This document shows, one piece after another, positions 1 to 8,831 of a stretch of 64,000 nucleotides of DNA. Made by a program: the position numbers and the translations under genes. The stretch comes from Candidatus Gastranaerophilales bacterium (lineage in GTDB: Bacteria > Cyanobacteriota > Vampirovibrionia > Gastranaerophilales > Gastranaerophilaceae), in assembly GCA_944323265.1 (NCBI GenBank), contig CALURX010000001.1:39430-103429 (forward strand), given 5' to 3'. The notes beneath the pieces were generated by a model that made no database searches, was not told the DNA's origin, and saw only the letters and a list, made by a program, of their open reading frames with translations. Numbering within the stretch: position 1 is the stretch's first letter; each line of letters starts with the position of its first letter.

Positions 1-295
1 CAGAGATTCCTGAATTTGTTATATCTTTTATCTTTTGAGCAAATTCTTCTGATGTAAGCTGTTTTCCCTCAATCTCAAGGGTTATGACAAATGAATCAGG
101 TTTAATATGTGCTAAAATCTTTTCCCCTTCCTGATTGAGAACTTTTTCAACAAGATTCTCGTCTTTAATCTCAATCGGAGTAAGCTCTGCTATTTCAAGA
201 GAAGTATACGGAGAAAGACGCTTTAAAAACTCATCTATACCATCTTTCAAAAATTTTTCTTTAATTTTTCCAAGTGCTATTATCTTAATTTTCAT
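1..295 (-). CDS. rlmH: 23S rRNA (pseudouridine1915-N3)-methyltransferase, 3' end cut off by window edge
   Basis: Manual translation from ATG at 295: MKIKIIALGKIKEKFLKDGIDEFLKRL...VITLEIEGKQLTSEEFA, typical RlmH N-terminal half; not in the ORF track. Confidence 0.9.
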   Translation of the reverse strand, partial: MKIKIIALGKIKEKFLKDGIDEFLKRLSPYTSLEIAELTPIEIKDENLVEKVLNQEGEKILAHIKPDSFVITLEIEGKQLTSEEFAQKIKDITNSGIS

Positions 296-300
296 AAAAA

Positions 301-1140
301 CTAGTTTTGATTCATATATACACTTGTAGACGGGAACGCAAACTCTATACCTTCTTCACGGTAGCGGTGAATAATTTCTCTCAGCACTCGGCTTTTTTCA
401 ATAACATACTCGCTCCAGGGAGCTTTTGTTGTGTAACATACAAGCCTTACTGCAATAGAGCTTGGTGCAAGATTTTCTATAAAAGCAAGCTCTCCATCTA
501 AAATAGTTTCATCGCGCCTTGCAATATCCCTTAAAATCTCGCAGGCTCTGTCAATTTTTTCATTCGAGGTTCCGTATTCTATATCAACAGTTATATCAAT
601 CCGTCTTCTGTCAGTCTGAGAAACATTCGTTATTTCTTCATTGGCAAGTAAGTTATTCGGAACATTAATTGCAAATCCTTCCAGACTTCTGACTGTCGTT
701 GAGCGTAAATTTATATTTTCAACGGTACCTTCATATCCATTAAATTTTATGTATTCACCTATTTTATATACTCTATCTGCAAGTAGCCCAAATGAGCCAA
801 AGATATTTCCTATAGCTTCCTTAGCTGCAAAACCGACGGCCAAACCTGTAATACCGAAACCGGCTATTAGAGAGGCTACATTATAACCGAAGCTTTGTAA
901 AAAACCTGCAAGAAGTATGAATATAATTACAGCCTTAATGATTTTACTAAGTACAGGCATCAAATTTAATAGCGGCGTATCTGAATTTTTTGCCTTTAAT
1001 TTTGATTCAATATTATGCTGCAGCAAATCAATCAGCTTACATATTCCCCATATCAATATAAGATTGATTATAACCCCTATAATAAATGGAATATGTTTCC
1101 CTATAAAGCTAAATAATGATGCAAATAATTTTTCAATCAT
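301..1140 (-). CDS. mscS: Small-conductance mechanosensitive channel (MscS family)
   Basis: TM helices, GITGLAVGFAAKEAIGNIFG, GEYIKFNGYEGTVENINLRSTTVR, VPNNLL, GIEFAFPST. Confidence 0.9.
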   Translation of the reverse strand: MIEKLFASLFSFIGKHIPFIIGVIINLILIWGICKLIDLLQHNIESKLKAKNSDTPLLNLMPVLSKIIKAVIIFILLAGFLQSFGYNVASLIAGFGITGLAVGFAAKEAIGNIFGSFGLLADRVYKIGEYIKFNGYEGTVENINLRSTTVRSLEGFAINVPNNLLANEEITNVSQTDRRRIDITVDIEYGTSNEKIDRACEILRDIARRDETILDGELAFIENLAPSSIAVRLVCYTTKAPWSEYVIEKSRVLREIIHRYREEGIEFAFPSTSVYMNQN

Positions 1141-1153
1141 ACTTCCCTCAATT

Positions 1154-2338
1154 TTATTTTTGTTTTCTTAGTTTTTCTAATTCCTCCTGAAAAGGAGATA
1201 TAGAAGTAAGCTTATCCATTATACCAGGCATTTTACTTACTACAAAATCAATATCACTTTCTTTTGTGAATCTTGAAAGACTGAATCTTATTGAACCATG
1301 TAAGGCGGTAAATGGAATTCCCATGGCTCTTAAAACATGGCTGGGTTCTAAAGAGCCTGATGTGCAGGCACTTCCTGAACTTGCACAAACTCCAATATCG
1401 CTTAGGTGAAGCAGTATGAGCTCACCTTCTACGTATTCAAAACCAATATTTGTAGTGTTTGGAACTCTATTTTTTACTCCTGTATTAAGTCTTGCATTAA
1501 ATACATTTTTAATGATTCCGTCTTCAAGTTTGTCGCGTAGTCTTTTTACTTCGCTTAGCTCATATTTCAGAGCATCTTGAGCTAATTCTGCGGCTTTTCC
1601 TATACCGACAATATACGGAACATTTTCTGTTCCTGCTCTCAAACCACGTTCTTGGTGCCCGCCGTTTATAAGAGGTGTAAACCTTACATCAGGTTTTGCA
1701 TATAAAACCCCTATTCCTTTTGGAGCATGGAACTTATGACCTGAAATTCCAAGCAGGTCAATTTTTGTATCCTTTACGTTTATCGGAATTTTACCGGCTG
1801 CCTGAACAGCGTCAACAAAGAATCTTGTTTCAGGAGATTTTGATTTAACATACTCTGCAATTTCTTCTACAGGGTAAATAACTCCTGTTTCATTATTGGC
1901 ATACATCACTGAAACTAAGGCAGTATCCTTGCGGAGCTTAGATTTCAGCTCTTCAATATCAAGCTCGCCTTGAGAGTTTACCCCTATATAATCAACTTCA
2001 TAACCATTTTTTTCAAGTTCTTTATATGTGTTTAATACAGCAGGGTGTTCAACCTTAGTCGTAATCAAGTGTTTCTTTTCTTTATTACAGTTTACAACTC
2101 CCTTGATTGCAGTGTTTGCAGATTCTGAACCGCAAGAAGTAAAAAATATTTCTTTTTCATTTGCTGCCCCCAAAAAATCTCTGACTTTTGCACGAGCTTC
2201 CATAATTGCAGCAGCAGGCTTCTTTGCAAAGTCATACATGCTGGAAGGGTTAGCATACTCATCCTTCAAGAAAGGAAGCATTTCTTCTAAAACACGTTCA
2301 TCTATTTTTGTAGTTGCGTTGTTATCTAAATAAATCAT
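1154..2338 (-). CDS. nifS: Cysteine desulfurase NifS/IscS
   Basis: IYLDNNATT, SGHKFHAPKGIG (PLP Lys), SSGSACTSGSLEPSHVL. Confidence 0.95.
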   Translation of the reverse strand: MIYLDNNATTKIDERVLEEMLPFLKDEYANPSSMYDFAKKPAAAIMEARAKVRDFLGAANEKEIFFTSCGSESANTAIKGVVNCNKEKKHLITTKVEHPAVLNTYKELEKNGYEVDYIGVNSQGELDIEELKSKLRKDTALVSVMYANNETGVIYPVEEIAEYVKSKSPETRFFVDAVQAAGKIPINVKDTKIDLLGISGHKFHAPKGIGVLYAKPDVRFTPLINGGHQERGLRAGTENVPYIVGIGKAAELAQDALKYELSEVKRLRDKLEDGIIKNVFNARLNTGVKNRVPNTTNIGFEYVEGELILLHLSDIGVCASSGSACTSGSLEPSHVLRAMGIPFTALHGSIRFSLSRFTKESDIDFVVSKMPGIMDKLTSISPFQEELEKLRKQK

Positions 2339-3165
2339 ACCTGTTCAACCTCAAGATTTGCATCAACCTTGTCTTTTAACACTGATTCAACAAAGCTTTT
2401 TAAAGTCATTGCGGCATTTTTGCATCCGCTGCATACTCCTGTGAGCTTTACTTGAACCGTATTCCCTACAACATCAACAAGCTCAATATCTCCGCCGTCT
2501 TTTTGAAGCTGTGGTGATATCTGCTGGTCTATAACCTTGCTGATTTTTAGAATCTTTTGAGTTTGGGTTAACTGCGGAGCATGCCCTTCTTTTTTCAGGT
2601 AAGTATCAATAATATCCTTGATTACACCTCTGCAGCGCCCGCAAGCACCGCCTGCTTTTGTATAATTAGTAACTTCTTCAACTGTTTTGAGATTATTAAT
2701 TTTGATAGCTTCCCAAATTTGGTTTTCCGTTACATTAAAACAGGTGCATACAATCTTATCACCGCTCATGGAAACACCAAGCTCTTCTTCAATAACCTCT
2801 TCTCCGTAGTATTTTTTCAAGGCATCTTCTAGAGCCTCTTGCCCCATAACAGAGCAGTGCATTTTTTCCTGCGGCAATCCGCCAAGCTCATCTGCTATAT
2901 CTTTATTTGTAATCTTTTTTGCTTCTTCAAGAGTTTTACCGATTATCATTTCAGTCAAAATGCTTGAGGATGCAACTGCAGAGCCGCAGCCAAAAGTTTG
3001 AAATTTAGCGTCTTTTATAACATTACCGTCTAATTTTAAATATAATTTTAATGAATCACCACAGGCAAGAGACCCGGCTTCCCCAATCAAATCCGCATCA
3101 TCAATTTTGCCGACATTTCTCGGGTGTCTGTAGTGCTCTAATACCTTCTCCGAATATTCCCACAT
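2335..3165 (-). CDS. nifU: Three-domain NifU Fe-S scaffold (IscU-like + BFD-like 2Fe-2S + Nfu)
   Basis: MWEYSEKVLEHY, ACGD, FGCGSA, KMHCS, CTCF...GACGRC, GGDIELVDV...GVCSGC; start set to ATG 3165 rather than the track's upstream start. Confidence 0.93.
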   Translation of the reverse strand: MWEYSEKVLEHYRHPRNVGKIDDADLIGEAGSLACGDSLKLYLKLDGNVIKDAKFQTFGCGSAVASSSILTEMIIGKTLEEAKKITNKDIADELGGLPQEKMHCSVMGQEALEDALKKYYGEEVIEEELGVSMSGDKIVCTCFNVTENQIWEAIKINNLKTVEEVTNYTKAGGACGRCRGVIKDIIDTYLKKEGHAPQLTQTQKILKISKVIDQQISPQLQKDGGDIELVDVVGNTVQVKLTGVCSGCKNAAMTLKSFVESVLKDKVDANLEVEQV

Positions 3166-3242
3166 AATTACCTCTTTTGAAAGTTGAATTTTTCCAATAA
3201 TCATTTTACTACAAAAAGAGGAAATATAAATGCCTGATTTAA

Positions 3243-3449
3243 TTAGAACTTATTATTTACTACACTATCCCATGCTTTTTTAAAAGCTGATTTCAGCTTA
3301 TCTTTGTCAGCTATTATCTTTTTTATTTCTGGTTTTACATCTTTTTCAGTTGCATATAGAGAGGTCTGTTGCCCGATTTTCTTAAGATATCCCCTTGCAA
3401 TCCCTATAGCATTAGCTCTTCTGACCGTTTCTATAGAAATTCTTACCAT
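3243..3449 (-). CDS. Small hypothetical protein
   Basis: 68-aa ORF co-oriented and 2 bp from its neighbour in the murT-pdxJ run. Confidence 0.65.
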   Translation of the reverse strand: MVRISIETVRRANAIGIARGYLKKIGQQTSLYATEKDVKPEIKKIIADKDKLKSAFKKAWDSVVNNKF

Positions 3450-3450
3450 A

Positions 3451-3765
3451 TCAATTCTCTAACCTTTTCTCTTCGTTTTTTATAAACTCGCAATCAGCCT
3501 CAAGCCGTTTATCCTCCATTGCATTGATTAGCTCTTCAATATCTTTAATCTGCCCGAGCTCAAATCCTACTTCTGCCAATAATACACAATCGTTACATAG
3601 CCTGTATGCGCCATACTGAACAGAGCCGGCTAGAGATTTTGTTCTGCCGCAGGCGTCACAGGTAAAGTATTCATTTTCACAATCCGGATTTTCTTCTATA
3701 TCATCAAGACGCATTTGCTCAACAACGAGCTGCATTTCTTTAACAACATCTTCTCTCGATCTCAT
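3451..3765 (-). CDS. Hypothetical protein with CxxC...CxxC putative metal site
   Basis: FTCDACG...RLCNDC; SD-like GGGG upstream; operonic position. Confidence 0.7.
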   Translation of the reverse strand: MRSREDVVKEMQLVVEQMRLDDIEENPDCENEYFTCDACGRTKSLAGSVQYGAYRLCNDCVLLAEVGFELGQIKDIEELINAMEDKRLEADCEFIKNEEKRLEN

Positions 3766-3789
3766 ACTATTTACCCCTATTTACCCCCA

Positions 3790-4512
3790 TCATTTACCCC
3801 TCTCCTCGACCAGAGCTTTCATTTCTTTGACAGCCTGTTCTAAGCCGACGAATATAGAGCGTGCAATTATTGAATGCCCGATATTTAACTCAACAAGGTG
3901 CGGAATCTCATGCATTCTATGAACGTTTTGATAATTTAGACCATGTCCGGCATTAACTTTTAGCCCGAAATTTTGTGCAAAAAGTGCTGCACCTTTTAAA
4001 TCCGCAAATGCTTTTTCTTCATCAATTGTTCCATAAGCTTCTGAATATCTGCCTGTATGAAGTTCAATAAATGGGGCGCCTGTTTTTGAAACAGCTGATA
4101 TTTGCTGCAAATCAGGGTCAATAAAAAAGCTTACTTCTATTTTTTTCTCAATAAGCGGCTTTACAAATTCAATAGCTCTATCAACCTGGCCAGCAACATC
4201 AAGTCCGCCCTCTGTTGTTAATTCCTGTCTTTTTTCAGGAACAATACAAACGGCATGCGGCCTTAATTTTAGTGCAATAGCCTGCATTTCATCAGTCATA
4301 GCCATCTCTAAGTTGAGCCTTACTCTTGGAAGCATTCTTATTGCCTCTACATCTTCATCTTTTATATGACGTCTATCCTCACGCAAATGAGTTGTAATAG
4401 ATGCGACTTTACATTCTTTACAAATTCTGGCCGCTGTTAAAACATCCGGCTCTACTCCGCCTCTTGCATTTCTCAATGTTGCAACGTGATCTATATTTAC
4501 ACCTAATAACAT
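3790..4512 (-). CDS. pdxJ: Pyridoxine 5'-phosphate synthase
   Basis: LGVNIDHVATLRNAR, HLREDRRHI, TTEGGLD, IELHTG, NAGHGL, ELNIGHSII. Confidence 0.97.
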   Translation of the reverse strand: MLLGVNIDHVATLRNARGGVEPDVLTAARICKECKVASITTHLREDRRHIKDEDVEAIRMLPRVRLNLEMAMTDEMQAIALKLRPHAVCIVPEKRQELTTEGGLDVAGQVDRAIEFVKPLIEKKIEVSFFIDPDLQQISAVSKTGAPFIELHTGRYSEAYGTIDEEKAFADLKGAALFAQNFGLKVNAGHGLNYQNVHRMHEIPHLVELNIGHSIIARSIFVGLEQAVKEMKALVEERGK

Positions 4513-4513
4513 C

Positions 4514-5839
4514 TTATTTCTGTCCTTTCAAATTTTTATTCTTATTAATTTTTAATAACGCTGTATATGTAGGAAGTATTGTAATCTCATTCCCCTCAGC
4601 ATGTTTCATATATTCAATTGCCTCATCAATATCAGGGATAATTTTAATATCCTTAATATCAGCATACTTCAACCTGAGCGCCATGTCATTTGCCCGCAGA
4701 CCAGAGACTACAATTTGATTTTTAGCTTCCTTCAAAAGTCCGAAATCTGCGTCCCAAAGCCAAGAAACATCTCTGCCGTCTGCGTAATTATCATTTATTA
4801 TAATCAGAATATTTGAATCTAAATCAACCGTTTTTAGAACTTCATTTGCCCCTATCGGGTTTTTGATAAGTTGTATTAAAGTCCTCTTTCCGCCTAAATA
4901 CTTGACTTCACTTCTGCCAAAAGCTACTTTGAAAGAGGTCAGATAATTTTCAATGTCTTCAATTCCGACTTCCAGGCACAATGAAATTGCCGCAAGAGCA
5001 TTGTAAGCATTAAACAAGCCTTTAATAGGAACCTCAAAGCTTTTACCGTTAATTGTTAAAATAGAATAATCTTTATACAGCATAACATCGGCTTTATATT
5101 TCGGCTCCGGCCTTTTGTACCCGCAATCACAATAATAGTGTCCCTGCTGCGCAAAGAATTTCTTTTCATATTTCAAAGGCTGTCCGCATACACAGTTAAA
5201 AACCTCTTCGGTTGCGGATTTTGTTTTTAAAGATTCATCCGCATAATAGATGTTTTCCATTCCGTAATAGACCTTATTTTTGCCCTCAAAGCTTGCAACT
5301 AACGGATCATCTGCATTTAATAACAAAGTTATTTCAGGTTTTTTGTCGATTCCTTCCTGAATCAGTTTTTTTGTAGTAGCCAATTCTCCGTACCTGTCGA
5401 GCTGGTCGCGGAAAAGATTGGTTACAATAAGATAATCTGCATCTAAATAATTGTATATTTTTGAAAGATATGCTTCATCACTTTCAATAACCGAAAAATC
5501 CGTTAATTTAAATGGATTCAGCTCTGTTGCAAAAGCATTAACAACACCTGTGAGCATGTTTGCGCCCATAGCATTGTTGATTACGGATTTACCACTGCAT
5601 TCAAGCAAATGTGTAACTAAGCCGGAGGTCGTTGTTTTTCCGTTCGTTCCGGTTACGTTAATCTTTGTGTCAATGTATTTGTTACAATGTTTAAGAAAAT
5701 CAGGGCAAATCTTGAGAACCAGCATGCCTATAATTGATGTTCCGGAAGAAAGCCGAGATATTTTTAATGCCGTATATAACGCTTTTGCAAATATTAGCGA
5801 AAAATAAAACCGAAAATTGCCCAAGAAATAATCCTCCAA
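4514..5839 (-). CDS. murT: Lipid II isoglutaminyl synthase subunit MurT (Mur ligase + DUF1727)
   Basis: VTGTNGKTTT, GANM..G, TNLFRDQLDRYGE, CxC...CxCG, KNPIG, DGRDVSWLWDADF, PTYTAL. Confidence 0.88.
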   Translation of the reverse strand: MEDYFLGNFRFYFSLIFAKALYTALKISRLSSGTSIIGMLVLKICPDFLKHCNKYIDTKINVTGTNGKTTTSGLVTHLLECSGKSVINNAMGANMLTGVVNAFATELNPFKLTDFSVIESDEAYLSKIYNYLDADYLIVTNLFRDQLDRYGELATTKKLIQEGIDKKPEITLLLNADDPLVASFEGKNKVYYGMENIYYADESLKTKSATEEVFNCVCGQPLKYEKKFFAQQGHYYCDCGYKRPEPKYKADVMLYKDYSILTINGKSFEVPIKGLFNAYNALAAISLCLEVGIEDIENYLTSFKVAFGRSEVKYLGGKRTLIQLIKNPIGANEVLKTVDLDSNILIIINDNYADGRDVSWLWDADFGLLKEAKNQIVVSGLRANDMALRLKYADIKDIKIIPDIDEAIEYMKHAEGNEITILPTYTALLKINKNKNLKGQK

Positions 5840-5904
5840 GTGTATTTCAATTTCACTTATTCTAAAATATAATCATATAATAATACAAATATGAGTGGAT
5901 AAGT

Positions 5905-6276
5905 ATGATTTTTAAAGTTCTTATTACGATTGTTTTTATAGCAGAATTAATTATAACTTTTACGATATTATATTTTCTTTACAAGTTCGATAAGTTTATT
6001 CTTGAAATTGATAGTACGATAGAAACGGTAAAGCCCCAGATAAGAAGTGTTTCGGAATTAGTCAGAAAAATTTCGGAACAAATATACGAACTCACACCGG
6101 TGTGGGTTGATGAGATAAAAAAATCGCTGGAAAATTTACTCCTTGAACAAGCCAAGAGTATAATGACAGGAATTCTGTTTTGGACTATTAATATAAAAGT
6201 AGTAAAACAATTTAGAAAATCTAAAATATTTAAAACAGCGTCTAAGGGTTTATCCCTGCTTCAAAATGTGGTATAA
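5905..6276 (+). CDS. Hypothetical membrane protein
   Basis: N-terminal TM helix followed by coiled-coil; first gene of a plus-strand cluster. Confidence 0.7.
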   Translation: MIFKVLITIVFIAELIITFTILYFLYKFDKFILEIDSTIETVKPQIRSVSELVRKISEQIYELTPVWVDEIKKSLENLLLEQAKSIMTGILFWTINIKVVKQFRKSKIFKTASKGLSLLQNVV

Positions 6277-6312
6277 TACATAGGCATAGAAAACAGAAAA
6301 GAGGTATAACTT

Positions 6313-6627
6313 ATGAGCAAAGAAAAATCTTCAATAGGTTTTGGACTGGGGCTTTTGGCCGGAGTTGTCGGAGGTATAATCGCCGGTGTATTGTACGCGC
6401 CGCGTCCGGGCTCTGAAATGAGAGAAAAACTTAAAGAAACCGTATGTGACCTGGCAGAAAAGCACTCACCTGCTGTAAATGAAGCTAAAAAGCAGGCTCT
6501 TGAATCTATTGATTTACTAAAATATAAACTCGAAAAACAGTATAAAAAATTCGGCAACATGCTTAAATCAAAAAAAATGAGAAAAGCAAAAGAGCTTGAA
6601 GATGTATCAGATTACGATTTTAACTAA
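6313..6627 (+). CDS. YtxH-domain protein
   Basis: FGLGLLAGVVGGIIAGVLYAPRPGSEMREKL. Confidence 0.85.
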   Translation: MSKEKSSIGFGLGLLAGVVGGIIAGVLYAPRPGSEMREKLKETVCDLAEKHSPAVNEAKKQALESIDLLKYKLEKQYKKFGNMLKSKKMRKAKELEDVSDYDFN

Positions 6628-6642
6628 CATAAAGGATTATAA

Positions 6643-7011
6643 ATGGAAACAGCACAATTATATCAAAGTTTAACTTTTTTGGCTTACGCTACAGGTGTTA
6701 TTGTCATCCTTGTCGGTATAATGCTTGTTAAAGTCTTATTCGATTTATCAAAACTGACCAAAAATATCGACGAGACTGCAACAATAATAAAAACAGAATT
6801 AGAACCAACATTGAAGAATGTTAACAAGTCTGTGGCAATTGTTAGCGGAATAATAATTAAGGCAGATGAAGGGGTTAACAAACTCAAAGATGCAATAAAA
6901 AACTCCCCTCTTAATATTCTCGCAAAAATAACTTCTGTAGGCGGCACCATAACAAAAGGCTTCTTCAGCGGCTTATGTTCAGCATTTAAAATATTTAGCA
7001 AAAAGAAGTAG
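6643..7011 (+). CDS. DUF948/YoxC(YtxG)-like membrane coiled-coil protein
   Basis: TM helix then heptad region (LTKNIDETATIIKTELEPTLKNVN) between two YtxH genes. Confidence 0.65.
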   Translation: METAQLYQSLTFLAYATGVIVILVGIMLVKVLFDLSKLTKNIDETATIIKTELEPTLKNVNKSVAIVSGIIIKADEGVNKLKDAIKNSPLNILAKITSVGGTITKGFFSGLCSAFKIFSKKK

Positions 7012-7073
7012 GCTGAATCGGCGATACAAAAAGTTAAAAACAAAGTTAAACTACAAAAGAAGGAGAAAATATT

Positions 7074-7343
7074 ATGTCAGTAACAAGATTTTTAGCAGGT
7101 TTTGCAATAGGTGCAGCAATAGGCGCTGTAGCAGGAGTTCTTCTTGCGCCGAAATCAGGTGCAGAAACAAGAGAAATGCTCGGCGAAATGGCTTCCGATA
7201 TGGCAAAAAAGACTGATGAAACAGTAAAAGATATTCAAAGAAGAGCGGACAATATTGTATCAGATGTTCAAGAAAAGGGTGAAGAAATCATGGACAAGAT
7301 ACAAGAGCTTTTGAACAAGCAGAAAGAAAACCTTGAAGGTTAG
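7074..7343 (+). CDS. YtxH-domain protein
   Basis: FLAGFAIGAAIGAVAGVLLAPKSGAETREML. Confidence 0.88.
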   Translation: MSVTRFLAGFAIGAAIGAVAGVLLAPKSGAETREMLGEMASDMAKKTDETVKDIQRRADNIVSDVQEKGEEIMDKIQELLNKQKENLEG

Positions 7344-7363
7344 TGAATATCTAAAAAATGATT

Positions 7364-7389
7364 AAAAGAGAGCTCAGGCTCTCTTTTTT
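7364..7389 (+). terminator. Intrinsic terminator after the YtxH cluster
   Basis: AAAAGAGAGC-tcag-GCTCTCTTTT followed by T run. Confidence 0.85.
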
Positions 7390-7437
7390 GTTTGACTTAT
7401 AGAGATGTTTATATTATGATTATGAAGGATTTAATAC

Positions 7438-7524
7438 GCTCCAGTGGCGGAATCGGTAGACGCGTTGGACTTAAAATCCAATCGGGGTTCTCCCTCGGTG
7501 CCAGTTCAAGTCTGGCCTGGAGCA
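7438..7524 (+). tRNA. tRNA-Leu(TAA)
   Basis: Acceptor GCTCCAG/CTGGAGC+A, D arm GGCGGAATCGGTAGACGC, anticodon arm TTGGA-CTTAAAA-TCCAA, long variable arm, T arm GTTCAAGT; CCA not encoded. Confidence 0.97.
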
Positions 7525-7810
7525 AATTTAAAAGACTTACTTTCGAGTAGGTCTTTTTTTATTTTCCAGACGCTCGAGCCGCTGGCTCTCGCTTGCCAGA
7601 CTGCGACTGGGCAATCTTCGATTGCTACGTCGCTGATAATAAGTTTCGCCCTGCTCGTGTTGCTCGCCAGCAATACGACACCGGCTCAACTCCGAGCTGC
7701 CGCTTTCAAGTCTGGCCTGGAGCAAATTTAAAAAGGCTTACCTTTAGGTAGGTCTTTTTTATGCTCATGACGCTCGAGCCTACGGCTCGAGCGTACCCGA
7801 CTGTGACTGG
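7505..7810 (+). repeat. Degenerate 200-bp-period duplication starting in the tRNA-Leu 3' end
   Basis: TTCAAGTCTGGCCTGGAGCAAATTTAAAA at 7505 and 7705; terminator-like hairpins at 7531 and about 7733; GACGCTCGAGCC at 7569 and 7769; GACTG(C/T)GACTGG at 7599 and 7799. Confidence 0.9.
7531..7560 (+). terminator. Terminator after tRNA-Leu
   Basis: AAAGACTTACT-ttcg-AGTAGGTCTTT followed by T run. Confidence 0.85.
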
Positions 7811-7932
7811 ACAGTTAATGTCTGTAAGTCATAGGCCTAAACTACAGACTTCAAACGAGTTTTCTTTTCACATATATTAAGAAGTCGTTGGGTTTCTTCC
7901 AACGACTTCTCCAGACGCTAATTATTATAAAA

Positions 7933-8784
7933 TCATTGATTTTCCGCATTCTGTGGGGCGGCATCGTAAACTTTTTCCCCCCAGCTTTTATGACTAAAGT
8001 TATGCTGGTCATAATAGCCGGACGAAATGTTACCAACTTTCTCATATTCGTATGTTTCCGGATTCCATTTATATAGCAATCCACTATTAGTGTCTACTGC
8101 TTCGTCATCATTTAAACCCTTTAACATCGAGACGAGAGAATCTTCATCGTCAAAAGCCCTATCGCCTATGAGAGGTAAAGTGATAAGTGTGATAAAAAAT
8201 CTTTTCACTGCTCCTGTTTTAATGTCATCTATATTGTTTTTTGTGTAAAGACCACAATTTTTAGCTACAAAGTCCTTATTTGTATATATACTTTGTTTAC
8301 TTTTTGTGTAAGATTTTCTTCCAATTTCTTGGCCATCTTTGTTTCTTACAACAACATTATATGAATTTTCTTGTTCACTTAACCTTTCCTCGTAAGAATT
8401 GTCAGAGCGAACTTTGAACACATTATCATTTTCAACTGCTTTATCCGGTATATCGTCCTTTCCGGACAACGTAGCTTTCATTTTTGATAATAAAGAGCTT
8501 TGATAGCCCTTCATCCGCTCTAACATGGATGTCTTTAGTTCTGATATTTTTAGCAACGCTGAACCACATTCCTCTACTAATTTGGACTGTGCATCCTCTG
8601 ACAACGAGTCTTCTAAATACTTGTTGAATAAATCAGCAACTTCTTCCTCTGCTCCTGATAAAAGCTTAGCCAGTTCCTGATCTTCCTTAATTGTGTCGAT
8701 TTTGCCATTTTTGTTACCACCATTTTGAGCTAACATTTGAATTTCAGTGTTTAATTTTGTAATAATCTTATCAAATGCTGACAT
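7933..8784 (-). CDS. Hypothetical lineage-specific protein with an EF-hand-like loop
   Basis: 283-aa ORF with AGGAG SD; GNKNGKIDTIKE near N-terminus; no signal peptide. Confidence 0.8.
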   Translation of the reverse strand: MSAFDKIITKLNTEIQMLAQNGGNKNGKIDTIKEDQELAKLLSGAEEEVADLFNKYLEDSLSEDAQSKLVEECGSALLKISELKTSMLERMKGYQSSLLSKMKATLSGKDDIPDKAVENDNVFKVRSDNSYEERLSEQENSYNVVVRNKDGQEIGRKSYTKSKQSIYTNKDFVAKNCGLYTKNNIDDIKTGAVKRFFITLITLPLIGDRAFDDEDSLVSMLKGLNDDEAVDTNSGLLYKWNPETYEYEKVGNISSGYYDQHNFSHKSWGEKVYDAAPQNAENQ

Positions 8785-8831
8785 AACTACTCCTTTCTAT
8801 GTTTTTGTTATTAATAAGTTTTACAATTTAG

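Noticed and set aside
1154-3165. Nitrogen fixation cluster
   Set aside because: Only nifS/nifU; no nifHDK, nifB or nifEN; best read as general Fe-S assembly
7640-7724. Second complete tRNA ending at the duplicated 3' end
   Set aside because: No 5' GCTCCAG strand, D arm or anticodon arm upstream of the copy
7444-7731. 95-aa ORF (and its antisense 62-aa ORF)
   Set aside because: Overlaps tRNA-Leu and its terminator; a by-product of GC-rich structured DNA
7505-7733. attL/attR of an intact prophage or genomic island
   Set aside because: The direct repeats are only 200 bp apart with no integrase or cargo; kept only as a possible scar
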